A stretch of 64,000 nucleotides of DNA from an uncultured Verrucomicrobiae bacterium. Lineage in GTDB: Bacteria > Verrucomicrobiota > Verrucomicrobiia > Palsa-1439. The notes under the pieces were generated by a model, which was not told where the DNA came from, searched no databases, and saw nothing but the letters and a program-made list of their open reading frames with translations. The stretch is from contig CAWEWF010000009.1 of the NCBI GenBank assembly GCA_963812605.1, positions 32,926-96,925 on the forward strand, written 5' to 3'. This document shows positions 10,698 to 20,102 of the stretch, piece by piece. Within the stretch, counting starts at the first letter, position 1. Every line of letters begins with the position of its first letter. The translations under genes were made by a program, and so were the position numbers.

Positions 10698-11093
10698 ATG
10701 GCCAGCGAGAAACAAAAGTCGATGATTCACATAGACTACCAAGTATTGGCTGAAGGCAAGGCCCGTGACAGCCATGTCGATATTCGCCTGGTCAAGAAGG
10801 CCAAGGGGTTCCTGGGTCGAGGCGCGCGGGAAGAGATCGTGCGGATCATGGATCCGCTCTTGCGTCTTCAGGCCGGGGAGATTGCCCAGCGGCTGGTGAC
10901 TCCGCAATCGCTCCATGAAGTCGGACAAGAGGCCGTGCTCGAGGCCATCAAGGTGTATCGGATCGGGCAGAAGGAAAGTTTCCGGGAATTCGCCATGATT
11001 TACACGCGGCAGGCGATGGTGCTCGCCAGGAACAAAGTGGCCGTTCCCGATCCGCATGCGCCGCGGCCCGATCTGCCACCGCGGCAGTTCTAG
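10698..11093 (+). CDS. Stand-alone sigma-70 region-2-like protein
   Basis: AREEIV...LHEVGQEAVLEAIKVY...SFREFAMIYTRQAM resembles sigma regions 2.1-2.4; no region 4. Confidence 0.55.
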   Translation: MASEKQKSMIHIDYQVLAEGKARDSHVDIRLVKKAKGFLGRGAREEIVRIMDPLLRLQAGEIAQRLVTPQSLHEVGQEAVLEAIKVYRIGQKESFREFAMIYTRQAMVLARNKVAVPDPHAPRPDLPPRQF

Positions 11094-11138
11094 AATAGAA
11101 TTGCATTCGTTTCCCCGTCGCCGCATCCTAGCGGCATC

Positions 11139-11681
11139 ATGCTCATCAGCAAGAAAATCAACGACGCCATCAACCAGCAAATCGGCAACGAATTTGGCGC
11201 GTCGCTGCAATACGTGGCGATTGCCGCCCACTTCGACGAGGAAGCGCTGCCGCAGTTGGCGGCGCACTTCTACCAGCAGGCCGAAGAAGAGCGCGATCAC
11301 GCGATGCGGTTCGTGAAATTCCTCGTGGATACGGATGGTGAAGTGGTCATCCCCGCGGTCAAGGCGCCGAAAGGCAAATTCGCCTCGGCCGAGGAGGCGG
11401 TGAAATTGTCGCTCGACTGGGAGGTCGAGGTGACCAACCAGATTCACAAGCTTGTCGATCTGGCCAAGAAGGAAGTCAATTACACCACGGACAATTTCCT
11501 GCAGTGGTTTGTCAAGGAACAGCTCGAGGAGGTTTCGTCGATGGATAACCTTCTCAAGGTGATCCGCCGCGCCGGCCAGGATGGTTTGTTGCGCGTGGAA
11601 GAATATCTCGCCCGGAAGTCCGGTCGGGAAATCGTTGGCGGAAGAGAACCTCCCCTGAATTGCGAATTTGCCTGGGAGTAG
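11139..11681 (+). CDS. Bacterial non-heme ferritin (FtnA-like)
   Basis: INQQIGNEFGASLQY, QAEEERDHAM, FLQWFVKEQLEE ferroxidase motifs. Confidence 0.92.
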   Translation: MLISKKINDAINQQIGNEFGASLQYVAIAAHFDEEALPQLAAHFYQQAEEERDHAMRFVKFLVDTDGEVVIPAVKAPKGKFASAEEAVKLSLDWEVEVTNQIHKLVDLAKKEVNYTTDNFLQWFVKEQLEEVSSMDNLLKVIRRAGQDGLLRVEEYLARKSGREIVGGREPPLNCEFAWE

Positions 11682-11688
11682 CAGTCCC

Positions 11689-12303
11689 ATGGTTCGTGAA
11701 CAAATCCAATCGCGCGGCATCACGGATGCCCGGGTGCTGGCCGCGATGACGAAGGTCCCGCGGCATGAATTCGTGCCGGAACACCTGGCCGATGCAGCTT
11801 ACGAAGACCATCCGCTTCCCATCGGCTACAGCCAGACCATTTCCCAACCCTACATCGTCGCGTTGATGACGGAGTTGCTGCAAATTGAGCCGGGCGCAAA
11901 GGTATTGGAAGTGGGTACGGGCTCGGGATATCAGACAGCGATTCTCGCGGAAGTCGGCGCGCGGGTTTACTCCGTTGAAATCGTTGAACCGCTGGCCAAA
12001 ACGGCGGCGCAACTCCTCCAGCGGCTTGGTTACACCAGCGTTCAGGTGAAACAGGGTGACGGTTATCTCGGCTGGCCCGAGCACGCTCCGTATGACGCGA
12101 TTATCGTCACCGCGGCAGCCGCCCACGTCCCGCCGCCGCTGGTCGAGCAACTCAAGCCGGGCGGTCGCCTGGTAATTCCCGTGGGTGATGGGCAGCCGCA
12201 GCAATCACTATTGCTCGTAGAAAAGGGCGCAGACGGCGGCCTCACGACCCACAACGTGGCGTCGGTCCTGTTCGTGCCATTGACCCGCGAAACTCGAGCG
12301 TGA
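11689..12303 (+). CDS. pcm: Protein-L-isoaspartate O-methyltransferase
   Basis: VPRHEFVP, QTISQPYIVA, VLEVGTGSGYQ, APYDAIIVTAAA, QLKPGGRLVIPVG. Confidence 0.95.
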   Translation: MVREQIQSRGITDARVLAAMTKVPRHEFVPEHLADAAYEDHPLPIGYSQTISQPYIVALMTELLQIEPGAKVLEVGTGSGYQTAILAEVGARVYSVEIVEPLAKTAAQLLQRLGYTSVQVKQGDGYLGWPEHAPYDAIIVTAAAAHVPPPLVEQLKPGGRLVIPVGDGQPQQSLLLVEKGADGGLTTHNVASVLFVPLTRETRA

Positions 12304-12316
12304 GAGTGGGGGGATT

Positions 12317-14242
12317 TTACAACCCCGAATCAAGCACCGAGCGGACGAGGTGATTGAGCGACTCGATGTTGTAGGGCTTCTGCAGGTAACCCAGGCAGCC
12401 ATGGCGCAACATGCGCTGGCCTTCCTGGTCGTGGCTGTAACCGCTGGAGACGATCACGCGCACCGTCGGGTTGATTTCTTTCATGTGCGCGAATAATTCA
12501 GAACCGCTCATCCGCGGCATCACCATGTCGGCGATTACCAAATCGATATCCTGCTGGCGCTCACGATACATCGAGAGCGCGGAAGCGCCATCCGGCGCAC
12601 TGAGCACTCTATAGCCCTTCGCTTCGAGACCGATTTGCGCCATCTCGCGGATGACTTCCTCGTCTTCAGCGAGCAGGATGCACTCCTGGCCGCCGCGCGC
12701 CACCGCGGTCGGTTGCACGGGCACGGGGGTCAGCGCCTTCTTCGTGGCCGGCAGGAAAATCTCGAAGAGCGTTCCCAGCCCTGGCTGCGATTCGACACGA
12801 ATTTCACCGCCAAAGCCCTTCACGATGCTCAGCACCAACGAAAGGCCGAGCCCCGTTCCTTTGCCGGGCCGCTTGGTGGTGAAGAACGGCTCAAAGATGT
12901 GCGAAAGCGTGGCGGCATCCATGCCCGAGCCCGTATCGCGGAACGCCAGCACCAAGTAATCGCCGTCGGGGAGCGAGAGCGCGGGACGGAATGGATCGGT
13001 CGCTTCGAGACGAATGTTGCGGGTCGTGATGGTCAACATGCCGCCTTCCGTCATCACGTCGCGCGCGTTGACGGCGATGTTGAGGAAGACTTGCTCGAGC
13101 TGGGATGGATCGACCTCGACGGAGTGGAGGTTTTTGGCAAACTGGCGCTGGATGAGAATTGCCTTGTCGAAGCTGCGGTCGAGCATTTTCAAAGTCTGCT
13201 CGATGCAGTCGTTGGCGTTGACGACGGCGAGGCGCGGGATTTCGCGGCGCGCAAAGGCGAGCAACTGCTTCGTCAGCGCTGCGCCGCGATGCGCGCTGGC
13301 CTCGGTCGCCTCCAGGTAGCGATAGGTCGGGCTGGCCGGATCGGTTTGCTGCTTGACGTAGCTGGCGCACGCCAGAATCGCCGCGAGCACGTTATTGAAA
13401 TCGTGGGCGATGCCACTCGTCAGCGCGCCGATGGACTCGATCTTTTGCACCTGCACGAGGTCGCGGTACAACTCCTCGGCCTGTACCGCGCTGGCAATGA
13501 TGTTGGCGACGGTCAGCATTTCCGCGGCGAGGGAAGGCGAGATGTCACGCGGGCTGCGGTAGAAGACACCGATAAGGCCGACGAGTTCGTGGCGGCGAAC
13601 GACGGGATTCAGCGCGGCGCAGACGATGCGTTCGCGCCCGCACACATCGATGAGGGATTCGGGCCCCGTTTGCGCCGGGTTGTTCAGGAGGAGCTGGCGC
13701 GGTTCCTGGTGCGCCTGCTCGAACATGGGGAATGACCACTCGGCTGCCTCGAGTTGTTCAACATTGTGGCCCGTGAAACCGAACGCGCCCTTGAGGGTAA
13801 AGTGCGGGTGGCTGTTGTTCTCGGCAACCCAGGCTGCGATGAGGTCGGCCTCGAAAAGCTGCGCGATTTTTTCGAGGACTTCCGTCGACATTTGCGCGAC
13901 GTCGAGTTTATCGATCAAGGCGCGGGAAATCTGGTTGAGCGTGGATTGCCTTTGGAAGGCGAGCCGTTGCGAAAGCTCAAGTTCGCGGTCGCGGGCCGCC
14001 TCAAGTTCTTCCTGCTTTCGCTGCGTGCGCTGGACGTGAAGATAGGTTTCGGCGGCGGCGAGGGACACGAGCAACAGCGAAGCGCTGCTCAATGGCAAAC
14101 TGACCTGGACCCACGAATCGTTATCGTTGTTGAGCCGCCCGATGAGCATGTAGGAGAGCGTAATCACCAGCGCCATCCCGTAAAGTCGTGCGCGTGGAGA
14201 CAACTCCCGAACGTCAGGTTTTATGGCCGTTGAATGCGCCAT
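12317..14242 (-). CDS. Membrane hybrid histidine kinase (2 TM, GAF, HisKA, HATPase, receiver)
   Basis: GIAHDFNN H-box, NIAVNARD, DTGSGM, FEPFFTTK, GTGLGL; C-terminal receiver (ILLAEDE, DMVMP). Confidence 0.93.
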   Translation of the reverse strand: MAHSTAIKPDVRELSPRARLYGMALVITLSYMLIGRLNNDNDSWVQVSLPLSSASLLLVSLAAAETYLHVQRTQRKQEELEAARDRELELSQRLAFQRQSTLNQISRALIDKLDVAQMSTEVLEKIAQLFEADLIAAWVAENNSHPHFTLKGAFGFTGHNVEQLEAAEWSFPMFEQAHQEPRQLLLNNPAQTGPESLIDVCGRERIVCAALNPVVRRHELVGLIGVFYRSPRDISPSLAAEMLTVANIIASAVQAEELYRDLVQVQKIESIGALTSGIAHDFNNVLAAILACASYVKQQTDPASPTYRYLEATEASAHRGAALTKQLLAFARREIPRLAVVNANDCIEQTLKMLDRSFDKAILIQRQFAKNLHSVEVDPSQLEQVFLNIAVNARDVMTEGGMLTITTRNIRLEATDPFRPALSLPDGDYLVLAFRDTGSGMDAATLSHIFEPFFTTKRPGKGTGLGLSLVLSIVKGFGGEIRVESQPGLGTLFEIFLPATKKALTPVPVQPTAVARGGQECILLAEDEEVIREMAQIGLEAKGYRVLSAPDGASALSMYRERQQDIDLVIADMVMPRMSGSELFAHMKEINPTVRVIVSSGYSHDQEGQRMLRHGCLGYLQKPYNIESLNHLVRSVLDSGL

Positions 14243-14526
14243 GGAAACATCTCATCGTGGCATGGGCACAAATGGGAGCAGGGAATATGCCGCCAGTGAG
14301 AAATGCGAAAAAACACAGGGTTTTTACCCATATTTTGAATCAAAACCTGACTGGTTTCACAGTTCGTTTTCGCATGGTAGATTCCAGACGGTGGTCCCAT
14401 GGCATGATTGAGGGGACCCCGAGGAGAACGCGGAACAGCTCCGAAGCACCGGAAAGATTTTCGGATTGCACGGCGCTGTCGATTGCCAGTATGTACTGGG
14501 CAGCCAATGACATGCCTGGCCTCTCA

Positions 14527-15446
14527 ATGAAACGCAGAACACGATCCTGGCTCCGGTTGACGCTGCTGCTACTTTTGGTGGGCGGCGTGTATCTCGTGAT
14601 GCGCAACTTCGAGCAGCAGTTCGTCTACGCCCCCAGCTCGTTTATCAGGAAGACGCCCCGCCAGGCCAAACTGTCCTTTGACAACATTGCCCTGACGACC
14701 GACGACGGCGTCAATATTCAAGGGTGGTTTGTTCCCGGCACGCGGGCCGGAAGATGCAGCCGCAACCAATTCGCCGCCTCCGACATTGCTTTTCTTCCAC
14801 GGCGGGGTTGGCAACCTCAGCGACTATCTCGAAAAAATCCACCTCCTTCACGACATGGGCGTGGATGTATTCGCCGTTGACTACCACGGCTACGGCAAAA
14901 GTGGGGGTACCCCGAGCGAAAGCGGACTCACCAGTGACGCCGCTGCCGCCTACTTCTACCTGACGGAGAAACGCCATGTGAAACCTGACCAAATCTACTT
15001 TTACGGTGAAGACCTGGGCGCCGCCGTGGCAATCGACCTGGCAACGAAAGTGCCGGCGGCGGGCCTGATCGCGGAAGGCGCGACAGCCTCGGTCATCGAA
15101 AAGGTCGAGGAAGCGTGGCCGCTGATCCCGTGGCAGTATCTCCTGCGCAACAAATTCGATTCCCTGACCAAAATCCGGGAGGTGCACATGCCGCTCTTGA
15201 TTATCCATAGTGCTGACGACGAAGTAGTGCCGCTCAACGATTCCCGCCGCCTTTGCGCGCTGGCGCATGAACCGAAAGAGACTCGTTGAGATTCACGGCA
15301 CCCATCGCGACGCCTTTGTCCATTCCTTTGACCTGTACTACGACAAGGTCTCGCATTTTATTTATGACCAGCCCAAAACCAATACCGCGGACATCCTTCC
15401 TTCAACGCAGAACGCGGCGGCGGCGTCCAAAGAGCCAACGCCATGA
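14527..15446 (+). CDS. ABHD13/Bem46-like alpha/beta hydrolase; frameshifted near 14740 and 15285
   Basis: N-terminal TM, LTTDDGVNIQGWFVP, LLFFHG, VDYHGYGKSGGTPSE, LLIIHS.DDEVVP; joined from three frames. Confidence 0.75.
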
Positions 15447-17209
15447 TGAAAGTGCTCGCGCTTTTGCTCCTGTCATTGCCGGGGACGCTACGTCCGGCCC
15501 TGGCCGCCGACACGTTACGTCCCGAGCAACTGAGCCCGGGCATGAAGGGATACGGCTTGTCGGTGTTCAAGGGCACCAAGCCCGAGCGCTTCGAGGTCGA
15601 GGTCATTGGCGTATTACACAATGCGTTGCCCAAACAGGACATGATTCTCATTCGCCTGAGCGGGGCGGACCTGGAAAAACACAAGGTCATCGCGGGCATG
15701 AGTGGAAGCCCGGTGTATATTGACGGCAAGCTCATTGGCGCGCTCGCCTACGGCTGGACATTTGAAAACGACCCATTGGCCGGCGTCACACCAATCCATA
15801 ATATGATGGCGGAACTGAAACGACCCGTCGTGGGCCCATCGACCATCAATGCGTCCGTCTCGCTGGGTCGCACATCATCATCAATGACGACGCCATTCGC
15901 CCTGCCAAGGACCGCCTTTGCCCAAGCCGACGACCTTGGCGCGCCACGTCCATTGCTTACGCCGCTCTCGCTGGGCGGTTTCAGTTCGCGCGTGCTGGAA
16001 CGATTTGCTTCGAATTTTGCCGGCTTGGGCATGATGCCAATCGCGGCCGGTGGCGCGGGCGCCGGGGTGCTGCCACGCCGCAACGGTGATATGGAACCCG
16101 GCGGTTCGATTGGCGTGCAGTTAATGCGCGGTGACATGGACGCCACGGCGGTCGGCACGGCCACGTACGTCGACAACAATCGTATCCTGGCGTTCGGGCA
16201 CCCGTTTTTCCAGGGCGGCTCCGTGCAGGCGCCGGCCGTGCTCGCCGAGGTGCACACCATCATGTCGAGCGTCGAGCGTTCGTTTAAGATGGCCAGTCCC
16301 ATCGCCGAGATCGGTTCGATGATCGGTGACTGGCAGAGTTGCATCGTCGCGGACGCGAAAGTGCAGGCGCGGATGATCCCGATCAGTATCGACGCGGCCA
16401 ATCACGACCTGGGGCAGTCGGAGCACTACGATGTCGAGGTGATGAATAATCAGGCTTTCACGCCGCAACTGGTGCTCATGGCGATCGCGCAGGCCGTCAA
16501 CGCCGCGTCGGGTTCCTCGCAGGACACCACGGTGCGGATTTCCGTGGGCGCTGAACTGGCCCCTCTGAAAGCGGGTGGAGCGTCGCGGACCATTGCGGTA
16601 ACGAATACCTTCTTCAGTGCGGCGGGCGGCATCCTGAACATCGAGGGTCTCATGCCGCTGCTGGCGATGTTCAACACCCCGTTCGGTAGCCCGACCGTGA
16701 AACATGTCGATGTGAAAGTGGATGCGGCTCTGACGCGCCAAACAGCGGAGATCAAGCGCGCGTACTTTGAGAAGTCGGAAGTCCAACGCGGTGAGACGGC
16801 GTCACTCAAAATCGTGCTGAAACCATTTGGCCAGCCCGAGGTCACGAAGACGATTCCCATCGAAGTGCCCGCGGCAACGGACATGTTGCGATACCTTATC
16901 GTCACGGTGGTCGCGGGGGACAGTGCGCCGCCCGACGCCGCGCCGCCCGAAAGTCTCGATGATTTTCTTGATTTGATACAAAAGGGACATCGCAACACCG
17001 ATTTGGTGGCGCTGCTGCCGACGCACGGCCAGGGGATGCAGTACCGCGGTAAACTGTTGAAAAAACTTCCGCCCAGCGTTGTTGGCATTTTGGACGACTC
17101 GAGCACCGGGGATGTGGCCGCCGCGGCGGACATTTCACAGCTGGTGGAGCCCACGGACTGGGTTCTCAGCGGTCAGGCCACGGTTCGCGTCCCGATCAGA
17201 CAGGAATAA
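15443..17209 (+). CDS. Secreted SpoIVB-like peptidase (S55 domain)
   Basis: Signal peptide; VIAGMSGSPVYIDGKLIGA; TAVGTATY; LAFGHPF. Confidence 0.85.
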   Translation: MMKVLALLLLSLPGTLRPALAADTLRPEQLSPGMKGYGLSVFKGTKPERFEVEVIGVLHNALPKQDMILIRLSGADLEKHKVIAGMSGSPVYIDGKLIGALAYGWTFENDPLAGVTPIHNMMAELKRPVVGPSTINASVSLGRTSSSMTTPFALPRTAFAQADDLGAPRPLLTPLSLGGFSSRVLERFASNFAGLGMMPIAAGGAGAGVLPRRNGDMEPGGSIGVQLMRGDMDATAVGTATYVDNNRILAFGHPFFQGGSVQAPAVLAEVHTIMSSVERSFKMASPIAEIGSMIGDWQSCIVADAKVQARMIPISIDAANHDLGQSEHYDVEVMNNQAFTPQLVLMAIAQAVNAASGSSQDTTVRISVGAELAPLKAGGASRTIAVTNTFFSAAGGILNIEGLMPLLAMFNTPFGSPTVKHVDVKVDAALTRQTAEIKRAYFEKSEVQRGETASLKIVLKPFGQPEVTKTIPIEVPAATDMLRYLIVTVVAGDSAPPDAAPPESLDDFLDLIQKGHRNTDLVALLPTHGQGMQYRGKLLKKLPPSVVGILDDSSTGDVAAAADISQLVEPTDWVLSGQATVRVPIRQE

Positions 17210-17215
17210 TATCGC

Positions 17216-19423
17216 ATGAAGATCCTCTTCTCCGCCTTGCTTGCCATCCTCCTTAGCGCGGTGACGGTCGAGGCCGTCAAGACCGAGCGGTGGGAATTGA
17301 AATCGCCGCAGGATTTCATGCGTGGCAAACTACAACAACTCATCGTCACAAGCGGCGGCGAATTGCGGCTGGGGTATGGCACCACAAAACTCGGCGAGTT
17401 CGCCAAGGAAATCTGGTGCTCGGCGGTCGATCGCGATGGCGTTATTTATTTTGGCACGGGCTCGCCGGCCGAGGTTTACGCGCTCGGCAAGGACGGCCGG
17501 ACCACCAAGCTTTTCGAGGCCGATTCCATTGCCATCACGGCGGTCGCGCTCGATTCCCACGGCAATCTTTACGCGGCGACGATGCCGGAGGGCAAGATCT
17601 ACAAGATCTCCACGACGGGCAAGGGGGCGGCGGCAAAAGCGGATGAGCCGTTCAGCAGGCTGCGCGCGCCATACATCTGGTCGTTGATCGCGGACAAACA
17701 GGAGCGCCTATTCGCGGGTACCGGCCCTGACGGAAAGATTTTTCACGTCAGCGCCGATGGCAAGGCGGAAGAATGGTACGCCGCCGAGGATTCCAACATT
17801 TTGTGCCTGGCGCTCGATGCCGATGGCGCGCTGCTTGCCGGCGGCAGCGACCGCGGCTTGCTCTATCGCGTCACGGAAAAGGGCAAAGGCGTCGTCCTCC
17901 ACGAATTCGCGGAGGACGAGGTAAGGGCGCTCGCCGTGAACGGCAACGAAGTTTATATTGGGGTGAATCGGCAGAAGATCAGGCGGCCTCGTGGCGCAGC
18001 GGCGCGACGCCCCAGCGCGGCGGAGTTCGAAGACCTCACGCAGCAGTTGACCAGCCAGTTCGGCGCGGCGGCGACAACCGAGACCATGGGACGCGAGCGC
18101 GAGACGCCGCCGGAAGCGCGCTTGGCAAATTTACTCGCGGGCACTCTTTACGTGTGGCATGCCGATGGGCGTGTCGACCGGCTGGCGAATTGGGACAATG
18201 AATCCATCCTGGATGTGAAGGTCGACGGTGAAGGCGCAGTGTTGGCCGGTATGTCGGGCCAGGGCCGCGTGTACCGTGTCCGCGACAGCCAGAATTGGGA
18301 ACTACTGTTTGATTTCGACGAGCAGCAGGCGCTGACGCTTGCCATGCGTGACGGCAAGCTGGCGTTCGTCGGCACCGGGAATATCGGCAACGCTTACGGC
18401 GTGGACGCGCAGAAGGCGCGTGATGGCGAGTTGACGAGCGAAGTGCACGATTGTCGTTTTCTTACGACGTGGGGCAATCTTTCGTGGATGGGTAACGGCG
18501 CGATTGCCATTGCCACTCGCACAGGCAACACCGCGTTGCCGGACTCGACATGGTCGGCCTGGGCTGAGCCCGCCAAAACCTCACCCACCAAGGTGACGAG
18601 CCCGCGCGCGCGATTTATCCAGGTGCGCGCCCAACTTACCGCAGCTTCCGACCCTGTGTTGGAGTCGTTGGACCTGTATTACCGGATGCAGAATCAAAAG
18701 CCGGAAGTTTCGTCGATTGAGATTGGCGACAAGCCCAAGACGGCCTCGGAAAAATCAAAGAGTGACCTGCCGAACGATTTAAAGTCGGACGACGGCGACA
18801 CCGAAGCCACCGCCAGCGCGGCCGCGCAACGCTCGACCGGCCCGCCCAAAACAGAGGAAGACCGCCCGAAACCGGCCACGCCCATCAAGGAAATCCATTG
18901 GCGCGCGAGCGACAAGGACGGCGACACGCTTGTCTACCGGCTTTTCTACCAGGCCGATGGGGACCAGGCCTGGGTGCCGGCGTTTTTGGACAAGCCGTTG
19001 AAGAAGATGGAATACTCCTGGAACACGGAGTCCATTCCCGACGGCTGGTATCGCATCAAAGTCGTCGCCAGTGACGAGGAGTCCAATCCCGCGGGAGAAG
19101 CGTTGACCGATGAAAAAATCAGCGACCTCGTCAAAGTGGACAACACGCGCCCAGAGGTGCTGCAACTCGCCTATGACGCGGCCGGCGGGATTCTCAAGGG
19201 AGTGGCGCGCGACAACCTCAGCCTGATTCGCTATCTCGAATACTCAATCGACGGCGGCGATTGGAAGTTTTTTGCCCCGAAGGACGGCGTGTTCGACGAC
19301 CGCGAAGAAGCGTTCGAGGTCAAACTCGGCCCGCTCGGGGCCGGTTTGCATTTTATCGCCGTGCGCGCGACCGATGAGGATGGAAACATCGGCGTCGAGA
19401 AGGTGTCGGTGCGGGGAAAGTGA
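17216..19423 (+). CDS. Secreted beta-propeller protein with C-terminal Ig/FN3-like domains
   Basis: Signal peptide; repeated DxxGxxYxGT blades; W.ASDKDGD.L.Y, PDGWYRIKVVASD, EYSIDGG.W. Confidence 0.75.
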   Translation: MKILFSALLAILLSAVTVEAVKTERWELKSPQDFMRGKLQQLIVTSGGELRLGYGTTKLGEFAKEIWCSAVDRDGVIYFGTGSPAEVYALGKDGRTTKLFEADSIAITAVALDSHGNLYAATMPEGKIYKISTTGKGAAAKADEPFSRLRAPYIWSLIADKQERLFAGTGPDGKIFHVSADGKAEEWYAAEDSNILCLALDADGALLAGGSDRGLLYRVTEKGKGVVLHEFAEDEVRALAVNGNEVYIGVNRQKIRRPRGAAARRPSAAEFEDLTQQLTSQFGAAATTETMGRERETPPEARLANLLAGTLYVWHADGRVDRLANWDNESILDVKVDGEGAVLAGMSGQGRVYRVRDSQNWELLFDFDEQQALTLAMRDGKLAFVGTGNIGNAYGVDAQKARDGELTSEVHDCRFLTTWGNLSWMGNGAIAIATRTGNTALPDSTWSAWAEPAKTSPTKVTSPRARFIQVRAQLTAASDPVLESLDLYYRMQNQKPEVSSIEIGDKPKTASEKSKSDLPNDLKSDDGDTEATASAAAQRSTGPPKTEEDRPKPATPIKEIHWRASDKDGDTLVYRLFYQADGDQAWVPAFLDKPLKKMEYSWNTESIPDGWYRIKVVASDEESNPAGEALTDEKISDLVKVDNTRPEVLQLAYDAAGGILKGVARDNLSLIRYLEYSIDGGDWKFFAPKDGVFDDREEAFEVKLGPLGAGLHFIAVRATDEDGNIGVEKVSVRGK

Positions 19424-19439
19424 TCCTAGCCGTGCTTCC

Positions 19440-20102
19440 ATGATTCGTCTCGAAAACGTCAGTGTTGAATATCGACTGAAGAGCGAACGCGTGCAGGCAC
19501 TGCGGAACCTTAACCTGCGCATTGTCGAGGGGAGCTTCGAGGCGATCATGGGGCCGAGCGGTTCCGGCAAAACGACGCTCATCCAACTGATTGCGGGTTT
19601 GCTCACGCCCACGGCCGGCGAAGTCATCGTCTCCGGCGAAAACCTGAGCTGCCTGGACGACGAAAAAATCTCCGCATTCCGCAATCGCACCATCGGTTTC
19701 GTCTTCCAGTTCTTTAATTTGCCGAGTTATTACACGGCAGTGGACAATGCCGCGTTGCCGTTGGTGTTCGCGGGAGTGGACGAACGGACGCGTCGGATAC
19801 GGGCCCGCACCCTGTTGGCGGAGTTTGGGCTGCAAGATCGGCTGGACCACCGGCCGGACCAGCTTTCGGGCGGCGAGGCGCAACGCGTTGCGATCGCTCG
19901 CGCCTTGATCAACAATCCGAAGATCATTCTCGCCGATGAGCCGACGGGGAACCTCGACCGCGAGACGGGCGCGCACGTGATGGAGTTATTGCAGAAGATC
20001 AACCGCGAGCGCGGCGTGACGGTCTTAATGGTGACGCACGACGAGAGGGCCGCGGGGTACGCCCAGCAAATCATTCGCATCGAGAAAGGAGAATTGGCGT
20101 GA
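19440..20102 (+). CDS. ABC transporter ATP-binding protein (LolD/MacB type)
   Basis: GPSGSGKTT, IGFVFQFFNL, LSGGEAQRVAIARAL, ILADEPTGNLD, VTHD. Confidence 0.95.
   Translation: MIRLENVSVEYRLKSERVQALRNLNLRIVEGSFEAIMGPSGSGKTTLIQLIAGLLTPTAGEVIVSGENLSCLDDEKISAFRNRTIGFVFQFFNLPSYYTAVDNAALPLVFAGVDERTRRIRARTLLAEFGLQDRLDHRPDQLSGGEAQRVAIARALINNPKIILADEPTGNLDRETGAHVMELLQKINRERGVTVLMVTHDERAAGYAQQIIRIEKGELA

Noticed and set aside
11620-11681. Ferritin C-terminal tail as an encapsulin targeting peptide
   Set aside because: No LxIGSL/LTVGSL-like motif and no encapsulin gene nearby.
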